Shown here: positions 1-14,359 of the stretch, in pieces | How positions within the stretch are numbered: position 1 is the stretch's first letter | Layout of the letters: the number at the start of each line of letters is the position of its first letter | Assembly (NCBI RefSeq): GCF_964204645.1 | Contig: NC_134034.1 | Span: 6,174,914 to 6,238,913, forward strand | DNA length: 64,000 nucleotides | Direction of reading: 5' to 3' | Source: Tubulanus polymorphus | Taxonomy: Eukaryota; Animalia; Nemertea | The notes under the pieces: generated by a model | The model's input: only the letters and a program-made list of their open reading frames with translations | Databases searched by the model: none | Told to the model about the DNA's origin: nothing | Program-made: the position numbers and the translations under genes

Positions 1-3000
1 TTCCAATTATGTACTTCGATTTAAAAATATTCTGTTAACTCGACCGCCGAACACACATCTATATCTGTACTTCGATTTCCGATTTCAAAATCAAACCCCC
101 TGTTTCGCTCCCGGCAGGTGTGGTGGGTCTGTAAGGGACACTCAATCGAAAAATCAAACAAAATTTACCAGCCAAATAAATAAATAATGGGAACAATCCC
201 TATTTTAAGTAAAAAAAAAAAGAAAAAAAAGAAGCTATTTCTAGTTAAGGCGTACGTACCTCTAGATACAGGGCCGTACCTATAGTGAGGGGCAGGGTGG
301 CAATTGCCCCCTGGACAAATGTGCCCTTTCTGCGAATATTATTATATCAAATAGAAGCGTCGTCCTTCGGGTTTCTCTGCCCCATCCCCCCACGTTTGAA
401 GCTGAATGGATTCTTAAAATGCTATGCTTTGTAATGGAACTACTGAGCATCATATTATCAATTTGAAATATTTCAATAACCGATCGATGAAATATGCTGT
501 GCATAATAAAATATCCATGTTTGCGTATAAATCGCGTTATTTGTTCAGTCGTCATGAGAGATTGATAAACGATCGAGGGATTTCAAATCGCATTTTTCGA
601 TTGAATTAGACCCTTTCCCAGCACATCGTGTGTCCATTTACAGCAATAGGCGTAGCTCAAAATAAATTTTGCATTACCTTGGTCTAATGAATTACAGTGA
701 TTGGGTCATTTTTGTTGAGCTATCAATTTGATAAGGGTACATGTGGTTGAAATTTATCAATTCAACGGATTGTGACTTCATCTGAATTTAAATGTAGGCC
801 TATACGTATAAACCATGCGTCTGTTTTTACTGATTGCGAAATCAAGGAGATTTCTAGTGCATGAACTGTAAGACGTCCGGATACCAAACGAAAATATAGC
901 TGTAAAGCAGCAATACAATTTTTTCTGCTCGACGTACACTGGTATGATATGTGGATCCATATGGGCTATGTACAAAGTACTGATGTACCAAGTTTAGTCA
1001 ACATAACTTTGATGATACGGTGCTTTACCAGCTCCCTGGCGGCAGTTGTATGAAATAATCACTTTGTGCCAGTTGGCATTTTCCACCGATGTACATGTAC
1101 TTATATACTACGTTTTGTGATTTCTATAATAATATGATAATTTCATTTTCCATTTTGAATTATAGTAATCGTACAAAGTAATACAAATACAAAAATTCAA
1201 GATGGAGGTACACATGAAGAAACCTGTTTATAAAATGTTCATGGCACTGGCCTCGTACACCCAATCACACTCTCTTTCACACCACGTTCACACAGAAAAT
1301 ATGAAATATATAATAAAACAAAAGCACTGAATTACACGCGAAAAAAGCGATGCTGAAATAAGGTTTTAAAAATTTACACCACCTAGGCCAGGGTTTGTAT
1401 GAACATGGACGTATAAACTATGGTATGAATGATGTGCGTCTTATCGAAGTCTGAATTATAGTGTTGTGTAGCAGCAGCAGTGTGTGCAGTTAGTCTACAC
1501 ATTCGACTTATATCTTTATTTTCTCCTGGAATAAATTTACGTATTTGAATAAGCTTTGAATAAGAATAGTAACGTCGATTCGCCACAGTCTGAGTATTGG
1601 CAGAGTATTTAGTGTTCAGGATATTCCGTTGATCGGACGCGGATCTAAGCGGGCATATTTACGATTTGCAACGTTAACGCTTTACGTAGGCAACTGATAT
1701 ATCTAATTATGATTCCGATGACTCCTGACTTAAATGATTTTTTTTGATCCCCCAAAGTTTCATTGACCCTTGTCATAATAAGTGACATCACACAGGAAGT
1801 AAAAGAAATATAACGGGATAAAAGTTATTTTGTTTAGACTCGGAACCCTTGAGCTTACGTATACAACAGCGCATCACGTTAAAACGAATTAGACAGTTAT
1901 TCTAGTGGACGCAACTATTGACATTTTGAGATGCTTCCTTATCAAAATCAGGCCGCGTTAAGGTCGTTCATTCTACTATAATGAAATAATTGAATTGACC
2001 GCGAAAAAAGCGAAGCTGAAATTATTCTTTCAATGATGCAATTTTACGTAACACTTTTCAAAGAATACTAACCTATGATTTCAGAGCAATATGATTCTCG
2101 TCACCGTTTACTACCAGTTAGTAGTCGTATCTGACCGAGGATTACAGATGATACATGAGAGAGGGTACATTAAATGACATTTTTCTGGGTGGAAAGGGGA
2201 AAAGAAATAATAATCACCAGGAATACAAGAGACAGAGAGTCAGAAAACCCTAATTGAATAATTCAAATGTCTACATTTCCTCCCTCATTGTACTTCCCCG
2301 AGGAGATAATGCACCTGGCATCACAATGCGTCATATTGGACGTCAAGTGCAAGCTGCCGGCTAAAGTTAAAGAGTCTTACTGACATTTGAAGTTCAATAT
2401 GATGCCCGTGTACAAAACGACCGGCGTCCGTGAATCATCTATGTATATATGTATATATACATCAACTATCAATAATCTGAAATCTTTATGATAATTTAGA
2501 ATTATGTATTCAAAATACTTTCATCAATATTCAAAACGCAATACCGTACCGAGTATGCCAAAACTATTAAATCCTAAAACGTATGTTTTATATCTGTGAT
2601 GCAGCTGTCTGTTTAATTACTTGCATATATATGAAATATATATGGATCATAAACTCATGTAGGAATACATGATCACTGGCCGGAATATGTGGGAAAGTTG
2701 TATCTTTGTTATAGTTTATTGTAAAGATCAACAGGAACTGACCACATCGTTAATTTCCGTTGAATCACCTGGTCGAATAACGCGTTTTACAGTTGTGAGC
2801 CTTGTATTGTAGATAATCATCCAGCGATAAATCGATTAATCGTTTTCATTATCGCCGAGTCCAGTTTACTTTGGTGTTCATGATTCAAGGATCCAGCTGT
2901 GTACAATCCCTATCTTTAACTGAAGGAAACAGGTGTTACGTATTTTGGAATATCAAATATGTGTACGGTCTTTGAACTGCACGTGGCAATAGTGCATGCT

Positions 3001-5022
3001 GTGTATTATAAATTGGATTGTGTTAGATGCTCCAAGATTTTTCCATGCAACCTTTCCAACCCAAACGGTTGGTCATATGGTCATCTCACCAGGTGTCGAT
3101 GACTGAAAGACCGACCCGGACCTGGACTACAGAGTCATTCCTAGACCGTTAAACGATGTCAAATACGTACCATGAGATTGCTGCCCGTTGCAGCCAATCA
3201 CGTTCTACATCACTATAATTATAGGTTGAGGATGCTAGCTAATTCGTTTTTTTTGTTGAAAATAGCCTTTATTATTATCAGGCTAAGCAATCCATCGTGA
3301 TTACTTCAATTAACCATATAAATTTCAAAACGAATCGTTTTAAGCCGCCATCAATATGAACCGTTAACCGTGAACTTTGACCCAATCCCCATCAGTGTTA
3401 GATACGTTCTTTACCGAAAACCGATTCCTGAACGAACAGATTAGAGAAACTTTCTTTTAGTTTAATTCTATTCATTCTATTAAGTCTTCAACTAATGATT
3501 GGAATCAAAACTGTTTTATTGACAAACGTAATACATCAACTATGGAAAGAAACACGATTGATTTCACATTCATAAAAGGGGTCATTGCGGGGTCAGGACA
3601 AAACGTGGGATAGTAGATTGGGGTGTTGGGGCACCGTAAATCTAATATTGTACTTGCTCTTTTGAGATTAGATTTTCACTCACAGGGGAAGTAATCTTTT
3701 CATATTGAAAAAACCAATATCTATTCTTCATTATTCTTTCACTTTTTCAAATGTAGTCCTGGTGTTTTCATGAATCCTTGGGTGAAGACCTGTAAAATGT
3801 CTGACGAGACCGCTCTGGCTAAAAAGTTGAAAACCTGGCTGAGACGATTATTGGGCTTAGGCATATATAGCTGTCAAATCCTGAGCGGAAATGTTTATTA
3901 GAAGTTTATTAGAAGTGTCGAATAAGTTTCGAATGCGTGAGGTAGGGGGTTAGGGTTCACATCGAGGCGCATTGGAGTCCATGAAATGTTCATAAAATCG
4001 TCATCCGTGTCCAGCTTTACGATCAGTTGATGGCGTTGACAGGTCCGAGTCTGGGTTCGGCTGCTTTCAGTCAGTGCCATGTTGTCTGTTGTCTATGTAG
4101 TAAGCAAATCGTTTTTCAGGCACAATGGCCCGGTTTTATAGACAGTGTTCAATCCATAATAATGTGTTATGTTTATCTAAAGGCTGGCTTATGTCGACAA
4201 GTGTCGACGGCTACCGACGCAACTGAGAGCAACCCAGCGCTCCGATTCCCATCTACTGAGGCCGACTAGCGGGATACGTGATCCGACCAGTTGCTTCCCT
4301 GCTTATGTCGGTTACGATAACTGGCAACTGCAACGGCTCATGGTCACGTGATAAGCATTTTGAGAATGAATTAATATTACTTCCAATTATTGGGAAATAT
4401 ATTTCTTGCAGAAAAGCAATTTTTTTAAGATCTCTATCTTTCTGAATCTTTTTTGAATAAAATGTGCTGTCGAAATCATATATCGAAGGCCGCGGTGTCT
4501 CTGGGCCCCTAGTACTATTCACTATTCTTGTACGGTGATGGATCCTTTTCCTAATATTGAGAACGCGACGTTTCGCCTTCAGTGATCATCGTCACACCTG
4601 ACTTATATCTGTACATTCAGTACTGATCTTATTAAGAGAAAATATCAGTTGTCGAATTTTTTTTTAGATAACCCCTAGATTAAAGTTAATAACAGTCTAT
4701 AAAACTATAGTTGTATAAGATTGAAGTTATGAAAATTGGATTAACGAGTTCTATTGATCTGCTTGACAAATGCTACACGAATGGAATTTAAGATGAGTTT
4801 AAGACGAGGGCCATTTCAAAAAAACGGGGCAAAATCACGTGCTCCCACTCCTCAGTGAATGGATGACTGGACAACTGGATGACTGGATTACTGGAAGCTC
4901 GTAGAGTATAGATGCATGTAGTCGTAATGATAACGGTTGCGATGGTGGTAATGGTTCAAACGGTAGTGATCGATATATTATCATTACTATTACCGTACCA
5001 TTAATATTTATCACTTCTATCA

Positions 5023-5347
5023 TCCGAGTGTTTTCTGGTGAGCGGTTTCCAGCTACGTAGCTTTTTCCTGCTACCGCCGGAAATTTGTTCCGAGATAGAA
5101 AACGCGGTAGCTGAAAAAAGTAACTGCAACTTTTCTCAGCTGGAAATTGCTGGCTGTAAATCGCTCATGAAAATGCTTGCCGTCACAGTTTCCAGGCCTG
5201 CCCAATGACGCTCGTGAAAACAGCCACACTGCGGCAGCGCGGTTTCCAGCTGCCGGCAGAAATTTCCAGCTATGCAAGCAATAGCTTCTTTAGTTGGAAA
5301 GTATTCCAGCTAAAAAAGCTATTTCAACCGCTCGTGAAAACCAGGGT
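5023..5347. mobile_element. Degenerate MITE with TTTCCAGCT / CGCTCGTGAAAA internal repeats
   Basis: Imperfect inverted ends GTTTTCTGGTGAGCGGTT / AACCGCTCGTGAAAAC. Confidence 0.55.
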
Positions 5348-8300
5348 CTATTGTTGGTGTCTTGTCATCCAGTCGACCAGAGTCAACCATCAGTCGCCCA
5401 GTCATCCAGTCGGTATGTCGCTCAGTATACGTCGTTGTCATCTGTCTCCGGTCGGCGAGTCCTCGGATAGCATCAAGATGAGGAACCGCATCACAACCAA
5501 CATATGGAATATATTCATACACCACGTGCACTATTCTACCGCATTTTCATCTGTATTCATGAAAATTCCCTTACGACACATATCTTATTTAGTGATCAAT
5601 AAGCTCATCGCATTCATGCCAGACCCACACCACTATGCTTTCATAGGTTTGAATTATCCTCTGTGAAGAAGAGCACTTGATACTGGCAACCCATCTGTAA
5701 CCTTAGCATATTGATCATGTATGTATGTAGTAACAGGTGTTTAATGGGATAAACAACCAGACCAATGAAACGATTATAGTACTTATAAATCAACTCTCAA
5801 TTCATTTCATTGTACGCGTAACTATTACATGAATTATGTATGTGTCACAAATCCTACAACGATATCAGTGACACGCTTACGCCGGACGTTTGAGACCTTT
5901 TCGCAGTTCTACAAGTCGTCTCAATCGACCGCGAATGACACTGGTATGTGATGACTTGTTCTCACTTGGGAAAAATTATATCGACTATCTCTGATTGTGA
6001 GCGGGAAAAAGAAAACAGAAGAAAACAGCATACATACACTTTACACACGCTAGCACGGAGTTCAGCAACCGTAGTCTCGCTAAACACCGAATGTATCAGC
6101 GCCATCGGGTGGTGGCGAATGGCGTCACGTTACAGAATCAAAAATACTACTGCAACGACGTTTTTATAGTCTGACTCGCTGTTGTTAAAACTCAACCAAA
6201 ATGCTGACAATACTTATTTTAAACTCTTAGAATGAATTCATATGAAGAACTTACGAGAATATATCAATACATTCAGGTTCGATACGCATTCAAAGTTAAG
6301 TTTAAATTGCATTTAAACTATTAAGAATCGTCTTAATCATCTTAATTGTTTTCTCAAATTAAGAGTGTAAATGCAAAATGTGCCCTTTTTTCACTGTGCT
6401 GTAGTCACTGTATGGCCCTGGATCCGCGCCTGGTAATCTTCTATTACATCAGTCGTTCAAAAATTGATCAAGATAATGGCTGGATAAATACATAGTAACA
6501 AATGAATATTTAATTGTCACTATGTCAACATTCATCATCCTGGGGCGGGCGCAGGAAAACCTTGTAAGCGCTAACCGTGGTTAGTAAACTGTAGTTATTC
6601 GTAAATGGGCGCAGGAAAACGCTGTTAACTAACCACGGTTATGCTCACTGTTCGTGAGACCGCACCAAAGCGTGGTTAGGCGATGAGTGCTAACCGTGTA
6701 AGTACTAACAGCGATTTCCTAATAGTGGGAGGGGGCTCGGTAAGGGTCATGGTTAGTGATAATTTCGCACTTAAAATCGTTAATGGGCCACTCAACATTC
6801 AAGGAATTGTTGCTAAAATATGCGTATTTAAGAATTTTGCTCGAAATCCTATCCGGGTATTTTGCAGATGGCTTTTTCATTTTTGAAGAGCAGGTAAAAA
6901 GTATATAAGAAACTGGTGACCAGCCTGATTTTCAAAGAAATGTTCAAATATATTATCTAATGCTTCGAGAAATAGGTCAATATGAAGAAATTGTTGATGC
7001 CGATACCACAGTCAAGACATGAGGAAATGCAACTGGCTGGGAAAGAATAAATCGTCGGTGAACTTGTCATCCAGCTCACTCTCCGTTGATGAGGTTCTGT
7101 GGCGGATTTAGGGTACGGTACCTACATGCCTCACATTAGCCACTCAAACGATCTGAAATTCCTTTCGAAATGAAAACTTTTCAAATGCCTTTTCTGGGGG
7201 AAATTTCGTTAATATGTGCCTTAAACAATTGTTTCCATATGGTCCTGAATGGTGTTCCAAATATATAATCGTACCATGCACTTTCGTTTTCAGAATCCAT
7301 GATCGACTCGTACGCATTGTCAAGCAAAAGCAACAAAAATCGTTGAAAATGACCTTTACAGTGCATTGGGGTCGATTCCTTTCATGTGCCTCTTTTTGAA
7401 AAAGTGCCCTTTTTTCTTTGGTGAGCCAGGCAAAATTGGACCATGGATCCGACCCTGAGGTCATGCATTTGTCGCGTGGGTTTAAATTTTGTCCTACTCA
7501 AAAGACATGGATAAATTAAGCTAAGAACAGATTTACATCGTTTGCACGGCGATTACGACTACAGGAATATTATAGAAGTAACAACAGCGATCCTGACCAT
7601 CATTTTGAACCATCACCAAGCCACGTAAAATCCGATGGATGTACTCCGATGAAATTCCGTGATGAAATTCCCGTATTATAGACTAACGCACAAATGGAAA
7701 TATCAGGTTTTCCTGGTGGCGTTGTGCTTAGGCCAGCCGGCTGTGCATGCAGGGGTTGTTTGAATGATGTATAGACACATTAGACGCCCAATTTCAATTA
7801 AGATGTATGTCCACAAGACGTTTCCCTATTGTAACATTGCAAGCTGTGACAAGACAGAACTTTTCAGTTAAGATGATTTATCAATTTGACAATAAAACGT
7901 GAACAACGCATTTTTTGTGTCCAGCTGTGCCTGGCATGCTGGTAGACACGCAGGCTTCACGCATGCACTGTTTCGATTTATCTCGATAATTAAGAAATGC
8001 TACCGAATTATTATCTTGAACCATTCAGGATATTACATATTATATATTCAAATATAATAATAGAATGTCTGGTCATCTTCCTAAAAGCAATCCTGCATCC
8101 ATCTTAGATGCTGGGCCAGTTTTATTGACTGCTATTATCTTTTGGGGGGCTAACTCGATAGAAAATGGTTGAATTGCCCCGGGTTAAAAAATGATCAGTC
8201 TATAAACCCGGCCCCAGGTATTTATAAATGTTATAAATGTTTTTAGTTGTGATGAATTGTATTTAGGTGAAACCGGTCGCTGAAACCGATATTGTATTAT

Positions 8301-9876
8301 CAATCAACATCCCCAAAGTTATGTAGCTACCCAGTTTGGGATACTAATGGTCATAGATTTGATTTCGATAATTCATTAAGTTTTTCCGTCTTCCAATGTT
8401 ACCCGACGCCACATAGTTGAATCGGCCTTAATAAATTCACATTCCAATAATGATAGACTCTCGTCCCAGTTGATTTCCTCTGGTCAATGTCACCTAGTTA
8501 TGTGTGCGCTAGTGTGTTTTGTTTATAAACTGTGATACGCTGTATTTCGTGTCATTCCTTGATAATGGCTTTTGGTGAAAAACCGAAAATTCAGATTTTC
8601 AAAAAAATTAGCGTTTTGATATTTTCAGTATTTCGTCTTCGTGACTGTTGGACTTGTTGGTTGAATGAATCTGTGGTGTATTTCATGCATCACTATTGAT
8701 GTTAACCTGTTACGACGGCTTCAATTTTATACGATACCAGTTCTATACCTACTCAAGCATTGCCGACTTACCCTGTACCACTTCTATTGGGTTACTTGCA
8801 AAGGCCTAATATCATGACTGAGATAGAAATAAACTCTCCACAAGGCAAATTTCTTCAATTCTAGGCTATTCAATCACATATTGAGCATACCGGCATCTTC
8901 TAAACTATTTGAATTGGATTATTGTTAACCTATCAAGGATAAGATGATATTTATTTTCATCAGATATAAAGCTACTTCTGGTCTAGGTTTGTTGTACCTA
9001 TTTATCTTGAAAATGAAAGGAGAGTAATTCTGTTCTATAAATATGTGGTAATTTCCGAAGGACTAGGTGCAATATTGCACCTTTCAAGAATAGTCATCGA
9101 CCGTTAGAACTGTTCAAATTGGGATATAATAATCTTTCCAATATGCGCGACAAAATTATTTCTCGATACAGTATAATCCCTATCTGTGCGAAACACCTGT
9201 GCATGGGTTTATGAGAACGCTTGTAGAATGATTATCTGGAGGAGAAATTGATTTTCTTTTCAGCACGAAATAATATAAATAAAAGCATATGCTTTCTTAT
9301 TTATAATTGCCATAAGGCTTTATCGCTGACTGCAAGCAGGTATATCTACGTACCGTACGTAAATGCGTTGTAAAACGACCAACTTTCAAATGAAACTAAA
9401 TATATAAACATCGTTCATAGAAAATACAATGGATTTTTATAAAAGAAGTTGCCAGTTTCTAGGCGCCATTTTGTGGCGGTCCCTCGAGGTCCCCATTGTT
9501 GCGATGATTTACGCTCATTTTTGAAACATAAGTTTAGATTGAATATCATATAGTTCTGCAGCCCCTTGCTCGATAAACTTAAGTTATACAGCATTTTAAT
9601 GGAAATGAAATGCAGATATTTGCTGGCGATTCCTGGAATTTTTGAACGCAACAATTAAAAACAGTGACGATCTGAAACCAAGGACCGCATATCTTAACCG
9701 TGCGTAAAAGAAACCGCAATATCTATTAATTTTGAAATATCTTAGTATCTCTTGAAGCTATATTTTGCTATTTTCACAGAGGTTAAAGAGGGTTATTTGC
9801 AGTTTAAGCCTGCGTTAAAATGTTTGGAATATCTTTCCTGACGACTGATCTGTACCCGCTTGAGTTTGAGATTACG

Positions 9877-10711
9877 CGCAAAAGGGGTCTCCCACTGCGC
9901 ATTGCAATTTAACTGAACATTGAGATTTCCGACAAGAAATCTTTAAACGCAGTTTGATTCCTTCACATTTTCCATGGGGATATTTTGAGATGATAATCCA
10001 TATCTTGTTTGTACCGTATTTTGGCGGGGGCAATTCGTTTAGCTGGTTTCGGGATCCGGTTTGTCCCGCTATTGAAGTTTGATCGGCCCAGTTGAGGAAT
10101 TGTCGTATACAGCCCGTCCAGCCTAGCGCCGATTTTGTGTTCGGCGAAATCATGGGCCCTAAAACGTTTTTAGAGTCCATTGTAAAATGTGGCAGTTAAT
10201 TTAAACGCTCATGACATATTTAACACATAAATCTCTCTAATAATCCCTCATTCTGGGATCGTACGATGGATTTACTGAATCTCAACCTTCTTGCTGGAAA
10301 ACAAGTAATCTGTTCAAGGGGGTCAACGTCCAGTTTGGCAACTTTCAGCGGAGCCGCATTTTCAAAAATATATAAAACTTTTATTAGAGATACTAGATTT
10401 TGTTTTTGTCTCCAACCATGAGCGGTACATTCTGTTGAAACGCAAATTATGCTCTCAATTAGGCCACATTTGCAACCAACACAGAAAGTTCCCTCTCTTA
10501 CAAGAAATCCTTTAATTCCCGACGCTACACAACTCGAATTTCTCAAAGCACTCAAAGTCCATTTTTAACCATACAAAAATAAAGGTAGTAGATAACTCTA
10601 AGAAGCAATATCAATAATTACAAACCAGCATAAAATTTTATTTTTGCGATTTCCTTTCGCAAATCTCAATGTTCAGTAAGATGGCGGTGCGCAGTGGGAG
10701 ACCCCTTTGCG
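9877..10711. mobile_element. Non-autonomous element with ~65-bp imperfect TIRs
   Basis: CGCAAAAGGGGTCTCCCACTGCGCA...ACTGAACATTGAGATTT versus AAATCTCAATGTTCAGT...TGCGCAGTGGGAGACCCCTTTGCG. Confidence 0.72.
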
Positions 10712-10925
10712 TCTCAGGCTAAGACGACACCGAATAACCAGCGATAAATGACATGTTGAAGGGAGAACGGCGCCTCCGTTCCGCCTCTGGCAGGTAGCCC
10801 GAGTGGCCACGATTTCCTGTGCGCGGCTAGTGAGGAGGGTGACTCCGATTAGCCGCCGACCCTCGATGTGTCTGCTCGGGTTTTAATGATAACAGAGATA
10901 ACAAACGCTCATTATTAGACATTTA
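10711..10925 (+). repeat. ~210-bp interspersed repeat, inverted copy at 32035-32236
   Basis: Direct sequence match, e.g. CTCGATGTGTCTGCTCGGGTTTTAATGAT. Confidence 0.85.
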
Positions 10926-11778
10926 GTCTCAGACTTCGCAACTATAGATGCCATCAGGGGCAACGACTACATCAAATAATTTAAACATAACATCGCGTGG
11001 GAGTTTCGCGCGTCTGCCTTTTTTGATAAATTAGAAAGCTTTATCGGAAAGATATTTTCTTGCTTTTGAAAACTACCGTTCCAGTTAAATTAACCCGTTT
11101 AAATTAAGTGCTGCCATCTATTAAGACGTTATGGAACAAGCAGTGGATTCCCGTAATCTCGTCGAAGAAAGAAATGGCGTCTCTTTTATTAAAAGCTATT
11201 TTATGATTCTTAACATCACAGCGGCTTTGGTGACGTTTCTGAAAGCGCCAAAGTCGAACAACGCCCACACGTTGGAACATAGATAGAAAGTGGTTGCCTC
11301 AAAAAACGTGTTACGACCGCGATATCAAACTTACAGTACGCAGAATATAGAGGAAATAGTATAGCTGCAAAAACAGCGATGCTGGTTCAGATTATGGCCG
11401 TAGGCGGTGAACGTAAAATGCACTCAATGAAGTTTAATCAACTAAGCGTCATCGTGGATAACTAACATGCTCGTATCAAGCTGAAATTACGAACATAAAA
11501 TTTTTTCCAAGTAGGCCTACTCTCCCAAGCTCATCACCTTTTCAACTTCGAAAGTTCGACACCTAGAGGACGATACTAATTATTACTAGTGTAACTTAGA
11601 TCTCGAGCGTATCTGTAGGTCTGTTAAAAACCTATTACTTAATGATGTTAGATAAGATTTCTTAGATCATTGGCCGACCATATCGGGATTCATCAAAGGG
11701 GTACATACACTATGCCCAGGTGGTTATGCCCAAAATTGTAGTTCAAAATGCGATGTATACCTGTGTTTGAAGACTTAA

Positions 11779-12088
11779 GGCGGGCGTAGGTCGGCCTTTC
11801 GACGGCTTGCGACTCACTGCGACCGCCAGCGACGATCGCGTCGCAACGACTCACCGACCTACGCTACCTTGCGACTGCCAGCGACGGGTCGCGACTGCCA
11901 GCGACGCCAGTCGCAATGAGTCGCACATGTTCTACTTTCTGCGATGCGACGCGACCGTCGCAACCGACCTGCGTGCTGTTGCGACTGGCAGCAACTAGTC
12001 GCACTTTGTCGCTGACAATCGCGTCGCAACCGACTTGTGACGCTACGCGACGATCGCGTCGCGTCGCAACGTCGACCTACGCCCTGCT
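11779..12088. mobile_element. GC-rich MITE (Harbinger/Kolobok-like)
   Basis: TTAA|GGCGGGCGTAGGTCG ... CGACCTACGCCCTGCT|TTAA; internal GCGAC/GTCGC repeats. Confidence 0.8.
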
Positions 12089-13430
12089 TTAAACTATTTT
12101 GTAAGTTTCCATTCTCTGTTCTCTGTTCTGTTCTCTGTTCTTTGAAATCAGAAGCATAAATCTGAAAATATTTTCTTGTCAAGTTTATGGAAACGTTCGA
12201 TATTTTTACCAATGTTGCGAATATACAACATTTAAAGTAACAAGGTCAAACAGGGACAACAATAAAAACAGGAAAGAAATTCTAAAAATGGGCTTGCTGA
12301 CATGTTTGTACTGAAAGCTTGTGTAGTTGGCTCCATTAATGTGAAGAAGACCTTTCTTTAGGATTTATATTGGATTTTAATATCGAGACATAACGAACAC
12401 GATATGATGAAATGCTGATCTGAAATTAATAACATATAGAATTTAAACTCTGATCTTAAATAAATTTGAACACTGATCTTTGATTAATTTCTTATTTCAA
12501 ACATTCATTATCAAATATAATAGAATACAAATTAACTGGTTAAACTTACATGTTTTTTGACCAATATATTCTCCTAAATACTCGTTTAATTGCATGAAAT
12601 CTAATCTGTAAAAAGAATCGACGTGTCGCTCGTTGTATCTACAAAAGTTCTCATCCTAGATTTCGTTGTTACACGTAACTCGTGATGAGGCTCTCTATGA
12701 GCTATTCGTACCTCTAACAGCTTGGTTTTGTATTTCCGTAGTAGAATTAATCGAACTGATAACTTTTTAAAGAACTCGGAAATTGGTGCTGTTGTCTTAC
12801 TACATGAAATATCATCATACACCCGCGGACTGGGAATCGGAATATGGTTTTATTGTAGACATGAACCAAGTTAGTGCAAGCTTTTAGATGGATGTGTTTC
12901 TTAAATATTGAGGTGTCTTTTCGGAATCTATCATATGTTGATAATTGCTAGATTAAATAATAAAAAAAAAAATAAAGCAATAATAAATTGCATTTCCTTC
13001 AAATGTCAATCCACTACGATCATCCGATTAAGTTAGACTGGTTGCCGGTCTCTACCTTCAGTTACCTATTCTGACTGCGAATGCAGGTGGCGCAGAATTG
13101 GACAGGCGACCAGTCTACCGATTAAGTTAAATGCCACCACAAACAATCGCTCCCTGGCTCTCTGAAGAGACAGGGAACCAGTCAAACCGGTCAATTCAAT
13201 TCAGAATTTATTTGACAAAGAAGCGGTTTTAAGTTTTAGATAAACTGAAAACGTATAAATGTTCTTACAATGATTTTTTTCAAATTGCCGTTTATGCAAG
13301 CACCCAATGAACGTAAAAGTAACATGAAAGTAAGTGTTTCATTGTAAAATTTTAATTGTGTCAATATAAAAATGAATTGAATTGTCATCAGCATTATACG
13401 CCCCATGAATACGCACGCTCAACCAAGGTT

Positions 13431-14359
13431 TATGGGCGGCCATCTCCGCCAAACAAACGTTTAAGTCACCACGTGAAGGATAAACCCATAACGTGAAGGT
13501 TAATGTCATGACGCGAAGGATCAACTCACATCATTAAGGATAAACCTATAATGTCACCAGATGGCGTGCCAGTCGGTCGAAATCAATTTTGTTGTGCACA
13601 GGCGTCATGACATGTGAACTTTAATGACTGCAGCATGAGCGTCGCAGTAGTTTCTATTAGATTCGAATCCCACAAAATATTGATTCTTATTTCAAATTGA
13701 TGACCACATGTCACTGGTTTATTTCATAAGCGGCGCTATTTATAATCCCCAAAAATTATTCATAGATTTGATTTGACTCTTTTTGGCCCACAACGGCGGA
13801 CGCACCAGGATCAGGCACTCTTCGTTTTGTTGTCAATAATTGCTTAAGACGATCTTTTGTATTTTTTGGGATAACGGGTTATGAAAACTTTTGCAGTAAG
13901 CTAAAGATTTGAAATCGGTGTATGAATAAATCCTAATGTATTTTTCTATTACACAATTTCGGGATTCGAACCTATTAGCACATACAAATAGATGCTGGGG
14001 CTTTCAAAGTTTATTTTTTCCTATTTGAGATAAGAAACCTTTTTGTGCGGCAAACAAAATAACCCAGCGGACAGCTTCCCAGCTTCATAATTTGCGGGAT
14101 TCGAGCCTAATACGTAGAAACTTATTTAAGTTCATATGTCATGACGCCTGCGCTTAACTGAATATATTTCTGATCGACTGGCGCGCCATCTGGTGACATA
14201 ATAGGTTTACCCTTGATGACATGAGTTGATCCTTCGCGTCATGACATTATCATTCACGGTATGAGTTTATCCTTCACGCTACTACATTATACTCCACGTT
14301 ATAGGTTTATCCTTCACGTGATGACTTTAGCGTCTGTTTGGCGGGGATGGCCGCCGATA
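13431..14359. mobile_element. Non-autonomous TIR element, IS3EU-like
   Basis: Termini TATGGGCGGCCATC / GATGGCCGCCGATA; ~190-230-bp imperfect TIRs built of ~21-bp ACGTGAAGGATAA subrepeats; 6-bp TSD AAGGTT on both sides. Confidence 0.8.

Noticed and set aside
3935-3985. 2A-like DVNPNP peptide of a LINE
   Set aside because: It lacks the GDV and NPGP residues, and no endonuclease frame follows on that strand.
5205-5666. 153-aa ORF as a gene
   Set aside because: No recognisable domain, starts inside a MITE, and has no splice support.
13655-14110. tRNA genes
   Set aside because: Only isolated B-box-like motifs are present; no cloverleaf or A box could be built.
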